Source of the DNA: Macrostomum lignano | Taxonomy: Eukaryota | NCBI GenBank assembly: GCA_002269645.1 | Contig: NIVC01001984.1 | Coordinates: 124,001-188,000, forward strand | DNA: 64,000 nt | Reading direction: 5' to 3' | Part shown: one piece after another, positions 63,690 to 64,000 of the stretch | Position numbering within the stretch: position 1 is the stretch's first letter | Layout of the letters: each line of letters begins with the position of its first letter | Notes under the pieces: model-generated | The model's input: only the letters and a program-made list of their open reading frames with translations | Told to the model about the DNA's origin: nothing | Databases searched by the model: none | Position numbers and translations under genes: made by a program

Positions 63690-64000
63690 TATCAAATAAT
63701 CTGTCAGATCAATTTATCAAATACATTAGATTATTTATTAATACGAGTAAATCAATCAATCAATCAGATTAATCAATAAATTCGATCAATCAATCAATAC
63801 ATTTGATCAGCCAATCAGATCAACCAATCAATCAAAAACTTAATCAATCAGAGCAATCAATCAATCAGATCAATTGTTCAATCAATCAGAGCAATCAATC
63901 AATCAATCAATGAATCAATCAATCAATCGTATCAAACAATGAATGAATGAATGAATGAATCAATCAATTAATCGTATCAAACAATGAATGAATGAATCAA
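63690..64000. repeat. Degenerate (AATC)n/(AATG)n microsatellite
   Basis: Direct reading of the sequence. Confidence 0.85.

Overview
Eukaryotic, intron-containing animal DNA; no prokaryotic features and no CRISPR array. GC-rich exons sit among dozens of 12-53 bp minisatellite arrays, which resembles the flatworm Macrostomum lignano (species is an inference). Genes whose exons I could join in frame at GT-AG sites: 3' end of an APC-like armadillo protein (+), an astacin metalloprotease (-), a calmodulin-like 4xEF-hand protein (-), an atypical ARF-like GTPase (-), a secreted fibrinogen-domain protein (+), FAIM (-), an NHERF/EBP50-like PDZ adaptor (+), an intronless octopamine/dopamine-type GPCR (+), two SLC6 amino-acid transporters in a head-to-head inverted duplication (- and +), and the 3' part of a protocadherin (-). 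Also present are decayed RNase H-bearing and RTE-type LINE fragments, a tRNA-derived SINE and a dispersed AT-rich repeat. The most notable observation is the SLC6 pair. Most internal exons are 97-100% identical, while the first and last exons and one intron are strongly diverged. A 33-nt patch in TM8 has 9 substitutions, including Met/Phe at the predicted substrate-pocket residue equivalent to LeuT Ile359. This pattern suggests gene conversion between old paralogs, with a substrate-specificity island protected from it. Most long ORFs in the supplied track are artefacts of tandem repeats. All alignments and counts were done by eye.
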